Origin: Podarcis cretensis
Taxonomy: Eukaryota
NCBI GenBank assembly: GCA_951804945.1
Contig: OX638150.1
Location: forward strand, 50,840,001-50,904,000
Direction of reading: 5' to 3'
Length of the DNA stretch: 64,000 nucleotides
Under the pieces are notes generated by a model. The model did no database searches, was not told where the DNA came from, and saw only the letters and a program-made list of their open reading frames with translations. This document shows positions 38,037 through 48,100 of this stretch, in pieces; positions within the stretch are counted from its first letter, which is position 1, and every line of letters starts with the position of its first letter. Position numbers and translations under genes: made by a program.

Positions 38037-39232
38037 CAATAACAACTTTGTAAAATAATTAAACAAACAAACAAAGGTCCTGGGTTCAAACCCTGGTGTC
38101 CCAAGATAGGGCTGGGGAAAACCCTGCCTGAAACCGCAGACAGTCTCCACCAGCTAGTTTAGGAAGTACTGTGACTGATGTACCAACAGTCTGTTTTGAT
38201 AGGAGGCAGCTTCCTATGTTGTTTATTTGATATGCAAGAAATCAGCAAATAGCACTCTTGGAAACTTCACAATCATCCCCGCTGTGAAATGTGTGGTCAT
38301 ATTTCGTCCCTGCCTGCAACTGAAGCTTAATTTCAGTGGTAGAAGAAAGTCATCCCGTGCCGTCAGACCATTCCCCAGGTCAGTGCCAATTTAATGCTTA
38401 CCTTGCACATGAAGCATTGTCACTCATTTGCTGCAGAGATTCAGGTAATTATTTTATACATTAAAATTAGATAGCCCCTGAAAGTAATGCTTCTCTTGGA
38501 AATATATCACATTTCCCCATTGTTCAACTGGCAACATCTTGTTACTGGCAATGTCTTGTCCCCTCCCCAGCTGATGTGTTTGGATAGTGACTGCTGCATG
38601 GTATGTGGCTGGGCCAGTTCATTGCCTATTTATTTTGTAGTGACATCAGAGAAATAGGTGGCATAACTACCCAGCTGTGCTCATTAATGTTGAAAGGTTT
38701 TTTTCCCCCAAGTGATGGTTGAGCATCTTTAGTCTTTGGAGACTAAATGCGCTCTTCACCATGCTGCCTAAGACGGTGAATGCTCATGCAGCCTATTAAA
38801 AATGAAGGCTAGGCTCCCTCCTTCAGCCGCATTTTGCTTTAATGCCACCACCAGCCAACCTATTTACTGAGCTTCATCCTGATTTACTAGCACAAAGCTT
38901 ACATGGAATGGTGGTTAGATTATAGCCAACCTTTATTGAGCATCCGTTCCAATTTGCTTAAAGCGTGGTAATATGACAATGAACATCCATCCTGCATTTG
39001 TCCTCATTCACATGTGCCGTGGGGTGTTTACATGTCTTATCTGCCATTAGTTCATCGCACACTTTTCAATGTATTTCCTCTCCACTTTCCAAACGGCAAA
39101 AAACCCCCAGCTCTTTTGAAAAGAGGATTTGTTGCGCTAGGGAGACAGAGCACTTTAAATGTGCAAACCTAGTTCCAGTATGCACTTGAATCCCTCCTGC
39201 AAAAGTTTGATAGACTGGAGACACCCCTCTTT

Positions 39233-39471
39233 GAGAGCCAATGTGGTGTAGTGGTTAAGAGCAGTAGACTCGTAACCTGGTGAACTGGGTTCGATTCTCC
39301 GCTCCTCCACATGCAGCTGCTGGGTGACCTTGGGTGACCAGTCACACTTCTCTGAAGTCTCTCAGCCCCACTCACCTCACAGAGTGTTTGTTGTGGGGGA
39401 GGAAGGGAAAGGAGAATGTTAGCCGCTTTGAGACTCCTTCGGGTAGTGATAAAGCGGGATATCAAATCCAA

Positions 39472-39502
<31 letters not shown>

Positions 39503-39543
39503 TTCTTCTTCTTCTTCTTCTTCTTCTTCTTCTTCTTCTTCTT
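39233..39543 (+). mobile_element. Squam3-type tRNA-derived SINE with (ACT)n(CTT)n tail
   Basis: A box tggtgtagtggtt, B box ggttcgattctc, gggtgaccttggg core, microsatellite tail; degenerate relative at ~61281-61430. Confidence 0.78.
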
Positions 39544-40435
39544 TGGTCTTGTTTCAGGATGTGCAAGTGGGAAGTGTTCTGGTAGCTCCACACTCCTGAT
39601 TCCAGGGGGACGGGGGCGGGAAGCATCTACTCATCCTTTGCTTGAAGCATACATTCTTCCACCACAGCAAGACTGTCTCCCTTGCCTCAACTGTTATGGG
39701 CCCGAGTCCTTTTTAATGTGCATTCATGAGGCAATCCTGTTTTCCATACTACTTGCACGTGCAAATGTTTTAGGGAAGTCACACTGCTTCATTTCCAGTC
39801 AGTACATATCCCATAACTTCCTGCGGAAGTCCTGTACTACAAAAGTTTTGGCTTATTTTCGTCCCAGTTTTGTTGTACAATAGCCGCTTCACACAGCAAT
39901 CGTGTGATAGCATCACCAAAGTATCACAGAACAAACTGAAGCAGAACAAACCCACCAATAATGGTGTCAAGAACATTTTGCAGAATACACAACATGGCCT
40001 TATGTCTGGATGATACACCACTGGTGTTGAATCAACCGTAGAGGACTATTCTGCAAAAGGTAAAATGTGGTTGGGGCAAACTTCAATGATTATATAAGTT
40101 TTAAGAAATGCAATGAACTAATAGAACATCCCTGTCTTCAACTTGGATCCTGGCAAACATTATTTCACCCCCTACCTCTAATTTGTGCAGCTGTCAATAT
40201 TTCCATCACTACGTGTCACAAATTTGGGTCAGTTCCAGATAACCTGCTTATTGAGCATTCATTCTGATTGCTTTGCAGGGAAGTTAGATGACGCCATCCC
40301 ACACTTTTGAGTGCATCTTCCCATCACTTTCCTTACTGCAAAAACTCCTATCTTTAGGGGTAAACAGGTTTGTTGTGCAAAAGCTCCCAGTCAAACTTTA
40401 CTACACAGCCTCAGTTTGCTGGTATGTGACTGAAT

Positions 40436-40600
40436 CATAGCTGTCAACTTTCAGATTTGAAAATAAGGGATCAGCAGCCTCACCTGTCCTGGGGACAGTC
40501 TACGGGATATCTAACAATCCGTGATAGCAGCGGGAAGCAGCAGGAAACAGCACTGGAATAAGGGAATTTCCCGCAAAAAAAGGGAAGGTTGACAGCTATG
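40436..40600. mobile_element. hAT-type MITE (165 bp) ~1 kb upstream of the TLR ATG
   Basis: 13-bp perfect TIR CATAGCTGTCAAC; 8-bp TSD GACTGAAT at 40428-40435 and 40601-40608. Confidence 0.88.
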
Positions 40601-41223
40601 GACTGAATCCCACCCCAAAAAAGCATCAGTCTGGAAGCGCCTTTCGAGCATTTTATTTACAGCCAAAGCTTTGAAAACACATATACAGGCAGATGCTTAC
40701 CTTAGTTGTGCTCTTCTTTTCTGTTATCTCCACTGTTTAACCATCCATGTTTTACTCCACATTTGCTAAGACGCCAGTCTCTGGGAGTCGCTCTCAGTTT
40801 GCAGTATCTGATCTCTGTTTTTCCTGATTGGCCGAAAAGTCTGGAATGGAAGGCTTGCAAAGAACGCATTATGAAGGAGAGAGAGAAAATCTTGCTGAGC
40901 CTGTTTGAGCACAAGCTCTGCTGGAAACATTCCCTCACCTGTGCTGATGCAATTTAAAGATGTTTACGTGTGTCCTAAGAGGCTGTGTCCCTGCCATACA
41001 TACAAATTATTGGTTCTTGCTGGGAAGGTGCACCTTAAACCAAATGTTTTGCTTGGGTTAGAATGCTATACACACTTGCTTGGAGGTAAGCCCCACTGAA
41101 CTCAAGAACTTGAATTTGAGAAGGCATGCATAGGATCGCACCACACATCTACATATGACAGCATCAAGCAACTAAGAAACGTGTAAAACAAATTGCTCTG
41201 GCAAACAAGGAAACAACAATAAT

Positions 41224-41352
41224 TGTTAGAGCATGAGACTCTTAATGTCAGGGTTGTGGGTTGGAACCCCACCTTGGGCAAAAGATTCCTGCACTGCAGG
41301 CGTTGGACTAGATGATCCTCATGGTCCCTTCCAACTCTATGATTCTATGATT
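41224..41352 (+). mobile_element. tRNA-Lys-derived SINE with CR1 3' tail, ~240 bp upstream of the TLR ATG
   Basis: gagcatgagactcttaat..agggttgtgggtt tRNA-Lys(CTT)-like head; CR1 end ggtcccttccaactctatgattctatgatt. Confidence 0.78.
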
Positions 41353-41589
41353 CAGTTGTACATGCTTCGACTGAATTATAGTAAGGCGTGGAAACTAGTT
41401 GGCCATACCAGTTCCGTTTTCTTCCTGTACACATCTCCAGTGAGCCAGCACTTTCATGTTCCGCATTTGGAACATTTCTTCTCATTTTGTAATTAGCTGA
41501 CTTTCCGATGCAGCAATGCACATATTTCACATTGTCAGTTTACCCATTTTGCTCTCAAACTCACTGGGAGCAGTTACACAACAAGGAGG

Positions 41590-44457
41590 ATGTTTTCTCT
41601 GAGGCTTGTATCAACACTGCTCCTTTTCTTCAGCCAAGACCAAAGGGTGACACCTTACTCATTTGAGAAATGTGAGGTGCATGAAGTCTTGGGGAACAGA
41701 ACAAAAGTTCTGTGCTACAACAGGAACTTGAAAAATGTCCCAACCCACCTACCTGGCAAAGTTGATGCTTTGGACTTGTCTGAGAATAAAATTAGAAGTC
41801 TGTGGAGGACTGACTTCAGAAACCTGGGTCACCTTCAAGTTCTGAACATTTCTCAGAACAAAATAGAACACATTGAAGGAGGTGCTTTCATACACACAGG
41901 CTACCTGGAGTTCTTGAACCTCACTGCAAACCGGCTGACTCTTCTCTCCAGCTCCATGTTTGATGGGCTTACAAATCTCACGGTCTTGATGCTTGGCAAC
42001 AATCAAATACTCAAGATTGAACCTTATGCCTTTGCCCATTTGGAGAAATTAAAGGTAATTGATTTATCTTCAAACAGATTGTATACCATGAATGCTATGC
42101 ATGCTGTGTTTAAAGTGGAATCCTTGCAGGAACTGCACATCAAAGACAATGATCTGCAGAATTTATCAACCAAACAAATCATTAGTGTACCTGAGCAGCT
42201 TCGTGAACTGGATGCATCTCATAACCCTATTTCTCTCATTGATGTTACAACTTCAGTATTACAAAGCCTTTCTTCACTTGATTTATCCTTCTCTATGCCT
42301 AATATCTCCATTATATGGTTGATACAAGACCCTTGCTTCCTAAAAGGCTTAAAGACATTATTTTTAGGAGGTATAGCTATGAAACCACCAGCTATCTCAG
42401 AGGTGATCCAAATGATCAATTGCACCTCGCTAGAGGCTATCCACCTAAACCAGTTACAGCTGACTGAAACAGATGGACTTATAGAGCAGGTATGTCTAAG
42501 GCATGGAAATGTTGAGACTCTTAACTTACAGCACAATTTGTTCACAAGTGTTAATGAAGGAGCCTTTGAAAACTGCACACATCTAAGGTATCTGAATATG
42601 GCATTTAACAAGCTGAAAGTGCTGCCAATGACACTGTTTCAGTCCTTGCATTCTTTGAAACTTCTTTCTTTGGCAAACAACAAGTTCACTGTGGTGCCAA
42701 ATGCTACCTCTAACATGCCATCATTAGAATGCCTGGATCTTAGTTTTAACAAGATCTACAGAATTCTTCCAGATGACTTTGCCCATCTAAATAATTTGAA
42801 GAGTCTCTATGCCAATGGAAACCGTATCTCTCATGTCCATTCAAATATCTTCGGTGACCTACACAGCTTGCAAGAACTGAATCTTGAAATAAACCTTTTA
42901 ACAGAAATCAACGAACCTTTCCCAGAAAGCTTAAAGAATCTGGAAACCCTGATACTAAGGCAAAATAAACTGGATTCGATAAAAAAAGACATTTTAAAGA
43001 ATCTTACTTCTCTGCTGGTTCTTAACCTGGCAGACAATCAGATTGCTGCTATAGAACCTGGAGCCTTTGAAGGTTTGAGTAGCCTGCAGAGCCTTGTTCT
43101 TGCTAGCAACAAGATCACCAAAGACACTTTCCAGGAAGGGCTATTTCAAGGTTTAAGCTCTTTAGTAGAACTAGACCTTTTCAGCAATTATATCAGTTAC
43201 AAGTCCTCCAAAATGCTTGTCAATCCTCCCTTTAAACTGCTGAAGTCCTTAAACAAATTTAATATAAACAGCCAACGTCATAACGGACTTGAAAATTTTC
43301 CAGTTAACTTCTTACAAGGACTGGAGTCCATTGTGCAAATCCACGCAGGCAACTTGGCAATATCTTTTTTGGATCCCAAGACTTTTAAATATACCCCTAC
43401 GCTTGAAGAGCTTGATTTGAGTGATAATTCTCTTAACAATGTCAGCAATATGCTCTTCTGGCCTGTACCAAACCTGAGGGAACTGCACCTCAATAAAAAC
43501 GGACTAAATTCACTCAGCTTTGTTTCCCATGGCAACCTTTCCAAGTTAACTCTTTTCAGAGGAGCTGAAAACCAAATAGACGTTATCACAAAAGAACAAA
43601 TAAGAGCTTTGCCTGCCCTTCGTTTTCTAGATCTCAGGGAAAATACGTTTGCCTGTTCCTGTAGTAATGAAATGTTCCTCAACTGGTCACTAAAGGATCC
43701 TAAAACTCAGGTGCTCCATTTCTACCAGTACATCTGTGCTTCCCCTTCAACACAAAAGGGGCAGAAATTGTGGACCTTTGAGACGTCTTCTTGCATAATC
43801 GACTATGGGTTTATCCTGTATATCACAAACACATCTGCAGCAATTTTACTGATGCTCGTCTGCTTCATTTATCAGTGGAGGTTGCACATGATCTACAGTT
43901 ACCACCTACTACTTGCATACTTCATTGACAAGAGGGAAAAAAGGAAGGAGCGAGTCATGGGTTATGCTTACGACGCTTTCCTTTCTTACAACACACACAA
44001 TGAAGAGTGGGTGATAAATGACCTCCTGCCAGTGCTAGAAAACCAGTATCATTGGAAGCTCTGTCTTCATCACCGAGACTTTGAGCCAGGACGGTCCATC
44101 CTGGAAAATATTGTAAACAACATCTACATGAGCAGGAAAACCATTTGTATCATAAGTCGCCACTACCTGGAAAGTGAGTGGTGCTCCAAGGAGATCCAGG
44201 TGGCCAGCTTTCGCCTTTTTGATGAACACAAGGATGTCCTGATTCTCATTTTTCTGGAGGACATTCCCAGCGAGTACTTATCACCCTACCATAGAATGAG
44301 AAAACTTATTAGGAAGAAGACATATCTCAAATGGCCCCAGGATGAGAAGGAAGTTGCACTGTTTTGGCAAAAGCTCAATATGGCTATGAAGACAGGTGAA
44401 GGAAAAGAAGAGGAACACCCCATTTTGCCTAGATTTGCTTCAGATGAAGTGCCATAA
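41590..44457 (+). CDS. TLR22: Toll-like receptor, TLR11/13/21/22 family, most like TLR22 (955 aa, single coding exon)
   Basis: Signal-peptide-like N-terminus, LRRNT (C...VLCYNRNL..VP), >20 LxxLxLxxNxL repeats, LRRCT (NTFACSC...YICASP...C), TM helix at ~43804-43872, TIR box1 YDAFLSY, BB-loop LCLHHRDFEPG, SEWCSKEIQVASFRLFDE..DVLILIFLE, LSPYHRMRKL. TLR call is secure; the paralog name is less so. Confidence 0.9.
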   Translation: MFSLRLVSTLLLFFSQDQRVTPYSFEKCEVHEVLGNRTKVLCYNRNLKNVPTHLPGKVDALDLSENKIRSLWRTDFRNLGHLQVLNISQNKIEHIEGGAFIHTGYLEFLNLTANRLTLLSSSMFDGLTNLTVLMLGNNQILKIEPYAFAHLEKLKVIDLSSNRLYTMNAMHAVFKVESLQELHIKDNDLQNLSTKQIISVPEQLRELDASHNPISLIDVTTSVLQSLSSLDLSFSMPNISIIWLIQDPCFLKGLKTLFLGGIAMKPPAISEVIQMINCTSLEAIHLNQLQLTETDGLIEQVCLRHGNVETLNLQHNLFTSVNEGAFENCTHLRYLNMAFNKLKVLPMTLFQSLHSLKLLSLANNKFTVVPNATSNMPSLECLDLSFNKIYRILPDDFAHLNNLKSLYANGNRISHVHSNIFGDLHSLQELNLEINLLTEINEPFPESLKNLETLILRQNKLDSIKKDILKNLTSLLVLNLADNQIAAIEPGAFEGLSSLQSLVLASNKITKDTFQEGLFQGLSSLVELDLFSNYISYKSSKMLVNPPFKLLKSLNKFNINSQRHNGLENFPVNFLQGLESIVQIHAGNLAISFLDPKTFKYTPTLEELDLSDNSLNNVSNMLFWPVPNLRELHLNKNGLNSLSFVSHGNLSKLTLFRGAENQIDVITKEQIRALPALRFLDLRENTFACSCSNEMFLNWSLKDPKTQVLHFYQYICASPSTQKGQKLWTFETSSCIIDYGFILYITNTSAAILLMLVCFIYQWRLHMIYSYHLLLAYFIDKREKRKERVMGYAYDAFLSYNTHNEEWVINDLLPVLENQYHWKLCLHHRDFEPGRSILENIVNNIYMSRKTICIISRHYLESEWCSKEIQVASFRLFDEHKDVLILIFLEDIPSEYLSPYHRMRKLIRKKTYLKWPQDEKEVALFWQKLNMAMKTGEGKEEEHPILPRFASDEVP

Positions 44458-45058
44458 AGGAAGTAGTCTGTGGGGGGAAATGTCTTGTATGTATATTATA
44501 CCTCGTTTATACAGTGGCATTACAAACAGATAACAACAATAGCCACTGGCACTGACAGCCACCATTCTGTCCCCATCAGGTATGTTTCACAAGGCGAGTT
44601 GCGATGAAACTTTTTCTTTCATGGAATAATAGATGTGGAAAAAATATAGCTGGAGAGCGTGGCATTCAGTGGTGGTGGGGGGGAATGGTTTGAGCAGGAT
44701 ACGAGATTCCTGCAAATCCAAACTTGCAATCTGATCCTATGCATACTTACTTAGAAGCAATTGCCACTATGTTCAATGGTCTTACTCCCATGTAGTTTGC
44801 ATAGGATTACAGGCTGCAATCCTGTGCATCTGAGTATAATCCCCATGAACACAGTGGGACTTACTTCTGAGGAAACCTCCACATCTCTGGGTGGGCAGGC
44901 AAGGAAAGGACATGTGTAGCAATCGTCTGGCGACTGTAGGTGGTGGGTAAATAATATCTAAACAATGACACTCCTAAACCGCCATCGTACCATATGTTCC
45001 TAGACCATATTTTGTTCTAAAAGGAGACCCACCCACAGATACGAAAGATTGAAAGTAG

Positions 45059-45124
45059 AATAAAATGGGAACTTGAGTTACAAAAGAATCGCATTGCCAG
45101 CCAGCACGACAATGCCAAAATAAA
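45059..45124 (+). terminator. Candidate polyadenylation signals of the TLR gene (AATAAA at 45059 and 45119)
   Basis: Two AATAAA hexamers ~600-670 nt after the TLR stop, followed by T/GT-rich sequence. Confidence 0.4.
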
Positions 45125-48100
45125 ATTAACAAAATCATTTCTGTTCCTGTATGGAATTATGATATACAGGAGGGCATATACTTCAGGTTTTTATAAACCT
45201 TTTACTAAAGTTATATCTTCAAAAATATTTGGCTGAATGCACCTTTATTTACCAAAGTCTGCTGTTGTTCTTATTGTTCTCTTCTGTTGAGAGATGAATG
45301 TGCCGTGCAATTAATTCTCAAGCATACTACCATGTTCTCCTTCCCTCCTCTTGTCATCTCAGATATGTGCCATTTCCCCCCAGCTATGGCTATAGTGCCG
45401 CCTGCTTTAAAGGTAATTGCATGGGATCCACCATGAAGCGCTCTAGAGTAGAAGCAATCCTGAAAAAGGAACACCAAGGTGTAAATGTGATACAGAAGAT
45501 CCAAGTGGGGTAGAAAGGAAAACATCTCAAGGGCAAATGGTTAGGCAACCAAACCTATGCTCTGGGATCTTCCAAAACAAGGGGGTGGCAATATGGATTG
45601 GAAAAAGAAACTTGGTCTAAGAGTCATAAAAACTACCTATTTGGATCTAACAATAATTCCTAATCAGCAGGGATGAGAGAGGGGTGAATATCTCATGCTA
45701 CTTACTGCATATTTGGGGTAGATATATTGCATATAATCTGTTGTTTCTGGAGGTAGAAAGTAGGTCTAGTTGAACCATATGCACTACAAAGCACTTATTC
45801 CAAGGTGCTTTGGGGATAAATTCAAGCTGATTGCACAGCTCCTGGTCTATGGAATTCCCTTCGCACCATAGGAACCAACTCCTAGGGGCCAAGGTCCCTT
45901 CAGCCGCCCCATAAAATATTTGAGGGGGCCACCCCCCAGTTGATGGCCATTGCCATTCAAATAGTGTGGGTGTGACCCATCATGTAATTAATTATGTGGG
46001 GCAGGGCTTACCTCCCCCCCCCCCAAATGTGAATCTGGCACAGTCGTTATATAGTTTGGAAACTATCTATGCTGAAGATGCACTGCTTTACCTTGGCCTC
46101 TGACACTTGAGATATGTGCTTTCAGCTCCCACCCTATTCCTGTGGCTGTAATTTGTTTCAACTCTTTTTAATATTGAATTTTAAATTGTTGTAACTCACT
46201 CTGGGACCTGCTGGGGGAAGGGCAGGTAATAACAACTGATGCTGCTGAACAATTTTGCTGTTTCATATTAACTTTTACCAGTTTCATTTCTGTGTAATGC
46301 TTTTTGTTTATATTGAGCTGCATTTTTAAAGTTTCAAGCCTCTTTGTCTGTTTTCTTTAAGACGTGACTCCCAAACTGTGGGCTGGGGCACACCATAATG
46401 GGAATCTCTGGCACAACGTGCACTATGACTGACAGGCATGAAGGAATCCTAGAAATCACCAGAGGGCAGGACATTCAAACACAGTTTTGGATTCTCTCTG
46501 TTTCTCATTTTCCCAATCTTAAAGCCAGTTGTCACATTTCCACAACAGTATGAGATTATTATTTTTATGTCCTCATGAAAATTTGTCAGCATTCTAGTGC
46601 GCATTTCTCCTAATGGTCACATTTTTGGATGCAAGCCATTTCCCTAAACATAATTTTATTTCCACTAATATATGGAAATTGTGCAAACTTTTGCCTTTTT
46701 GTACACATGATTAGTCATTGAAAAAATATGGAGATCTGCAAATTTTGAAGTCCATCGTTTACTATTTAGCTATCTCTGAATTCTGTCCCTACATTTCGTT
46801 GTGTACCATTTGACTTCTAACAGCATAAACCCTTCTCTTCATCTGCAGCCAAAAGCACAACAGGCAGCTCTAAAGTAGCCTCATAAACAAGCTCCTGTCT
46901 CCTGTAGTAATAATGCACCAGCCAAGGTCACAGGAAAGCCACAGATCTACTTCAGAATTGAAGCTATTAGCAGGGGCTGTGCCCTTGTATAAAGGGCAGA
47001 GTGCTGACATAATGGCATGGCAAGGGGGAGGGGGCGGTGGAGAGGTTGCTTGCGCATGCTAGCACAGAATGGGCGTCCTGAAAGCAATATCCTGCAAAGT
47101 CTGTGAATCCAGTCATCCAGAGCTAATTTTATAGAGAACTACTCAGCTGCAAGCAGCATGGGAAACACAAGGCCCCACAAGCAAAAGCATGTGCATGGTG
47201 GTGGTGTTTTTTAAGGTTCCTGCAGTGGCACTGATAATTATCTCACCCTATTATGCCAGCTCCAAAATGTGAAACTTAGAAATCCAAGCAGAGATGCTGT
47301 ACAATTTTTGCTTTTTTTCTGCGGGGGACGCAGGGACGCATACCCCTAAATATTTTGTGACTCTAATGGGAGAAGAAACTGAAAAAGTTAAAATTTTGTT
47401 TCTTCTCTAACATGGTGAATCATCAGTTCCGTTGCTACCCCCGATGGCAGCCACATTTCCTGTCATGGTGTTTCCTGAGTCTCAGATGCAATGAGTGTAC
47501 CCCTAAACATTTTTGAAGAAAAAAAAAGCACTGAGCAGACGTAATGTACAGTAGGCAACTTAGGACACAAGAGCGTTGGTTCAGGTAGACTACCTGGTTT
47601 TGCTGCAAGAGGAAAGCTGTCTCTCACCTTTGAACAAAAACGCACAGGAGCGATATGCTCCAGTGTGTGTGATGGGAAATGCACATCCTTCACAGGAACA
47701 AAAACGCAAGCACACATCGAAAGGAAGTGTTCTAACTTTGGCACAGACAACAAAGTTGCTTCGGTTCACCCCACTTTTGATGTTTTACAGCATTTTAAAG
47801 GGTTTTATGAACACCAACCCAGTACAGCAGAAAGGCACTTGTCCTAAAAAATACTGGGTTGTAGCCAATGCTGTGTGAGCAGGGATCTGCTCATTCAACT
47901 GGATTTCCCCTTCCTCTCCTCTCCTTGCAAGTCCCCAAAAGCTGTTCCAGAGGGTTGGTTCTTGGGGGGGGGGGGCACACACACTGCAGTGAAGAAGAGG
48001 GGAAGTTCTGCTGTGCAAGTAAAAGTCTCTTGTGCAAGCAGAACAGCAGCGCTGGATGCCAAATCTTTTTTTCTCCTTGAGAAGAAGAAGTGAAATAAAC

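Noticed and set aside
39169-39883. ORFs with poly-K/S and poly-L/F/T tracts
   Set aside because: Translations of the SINE's (ACT)n(CTT)n tail
41749-44229. Antisense and alternate-frame ORFs overlapping the TLR CDS
   Set aside because: Expected shadow ORFs of a long LRR coding sequence
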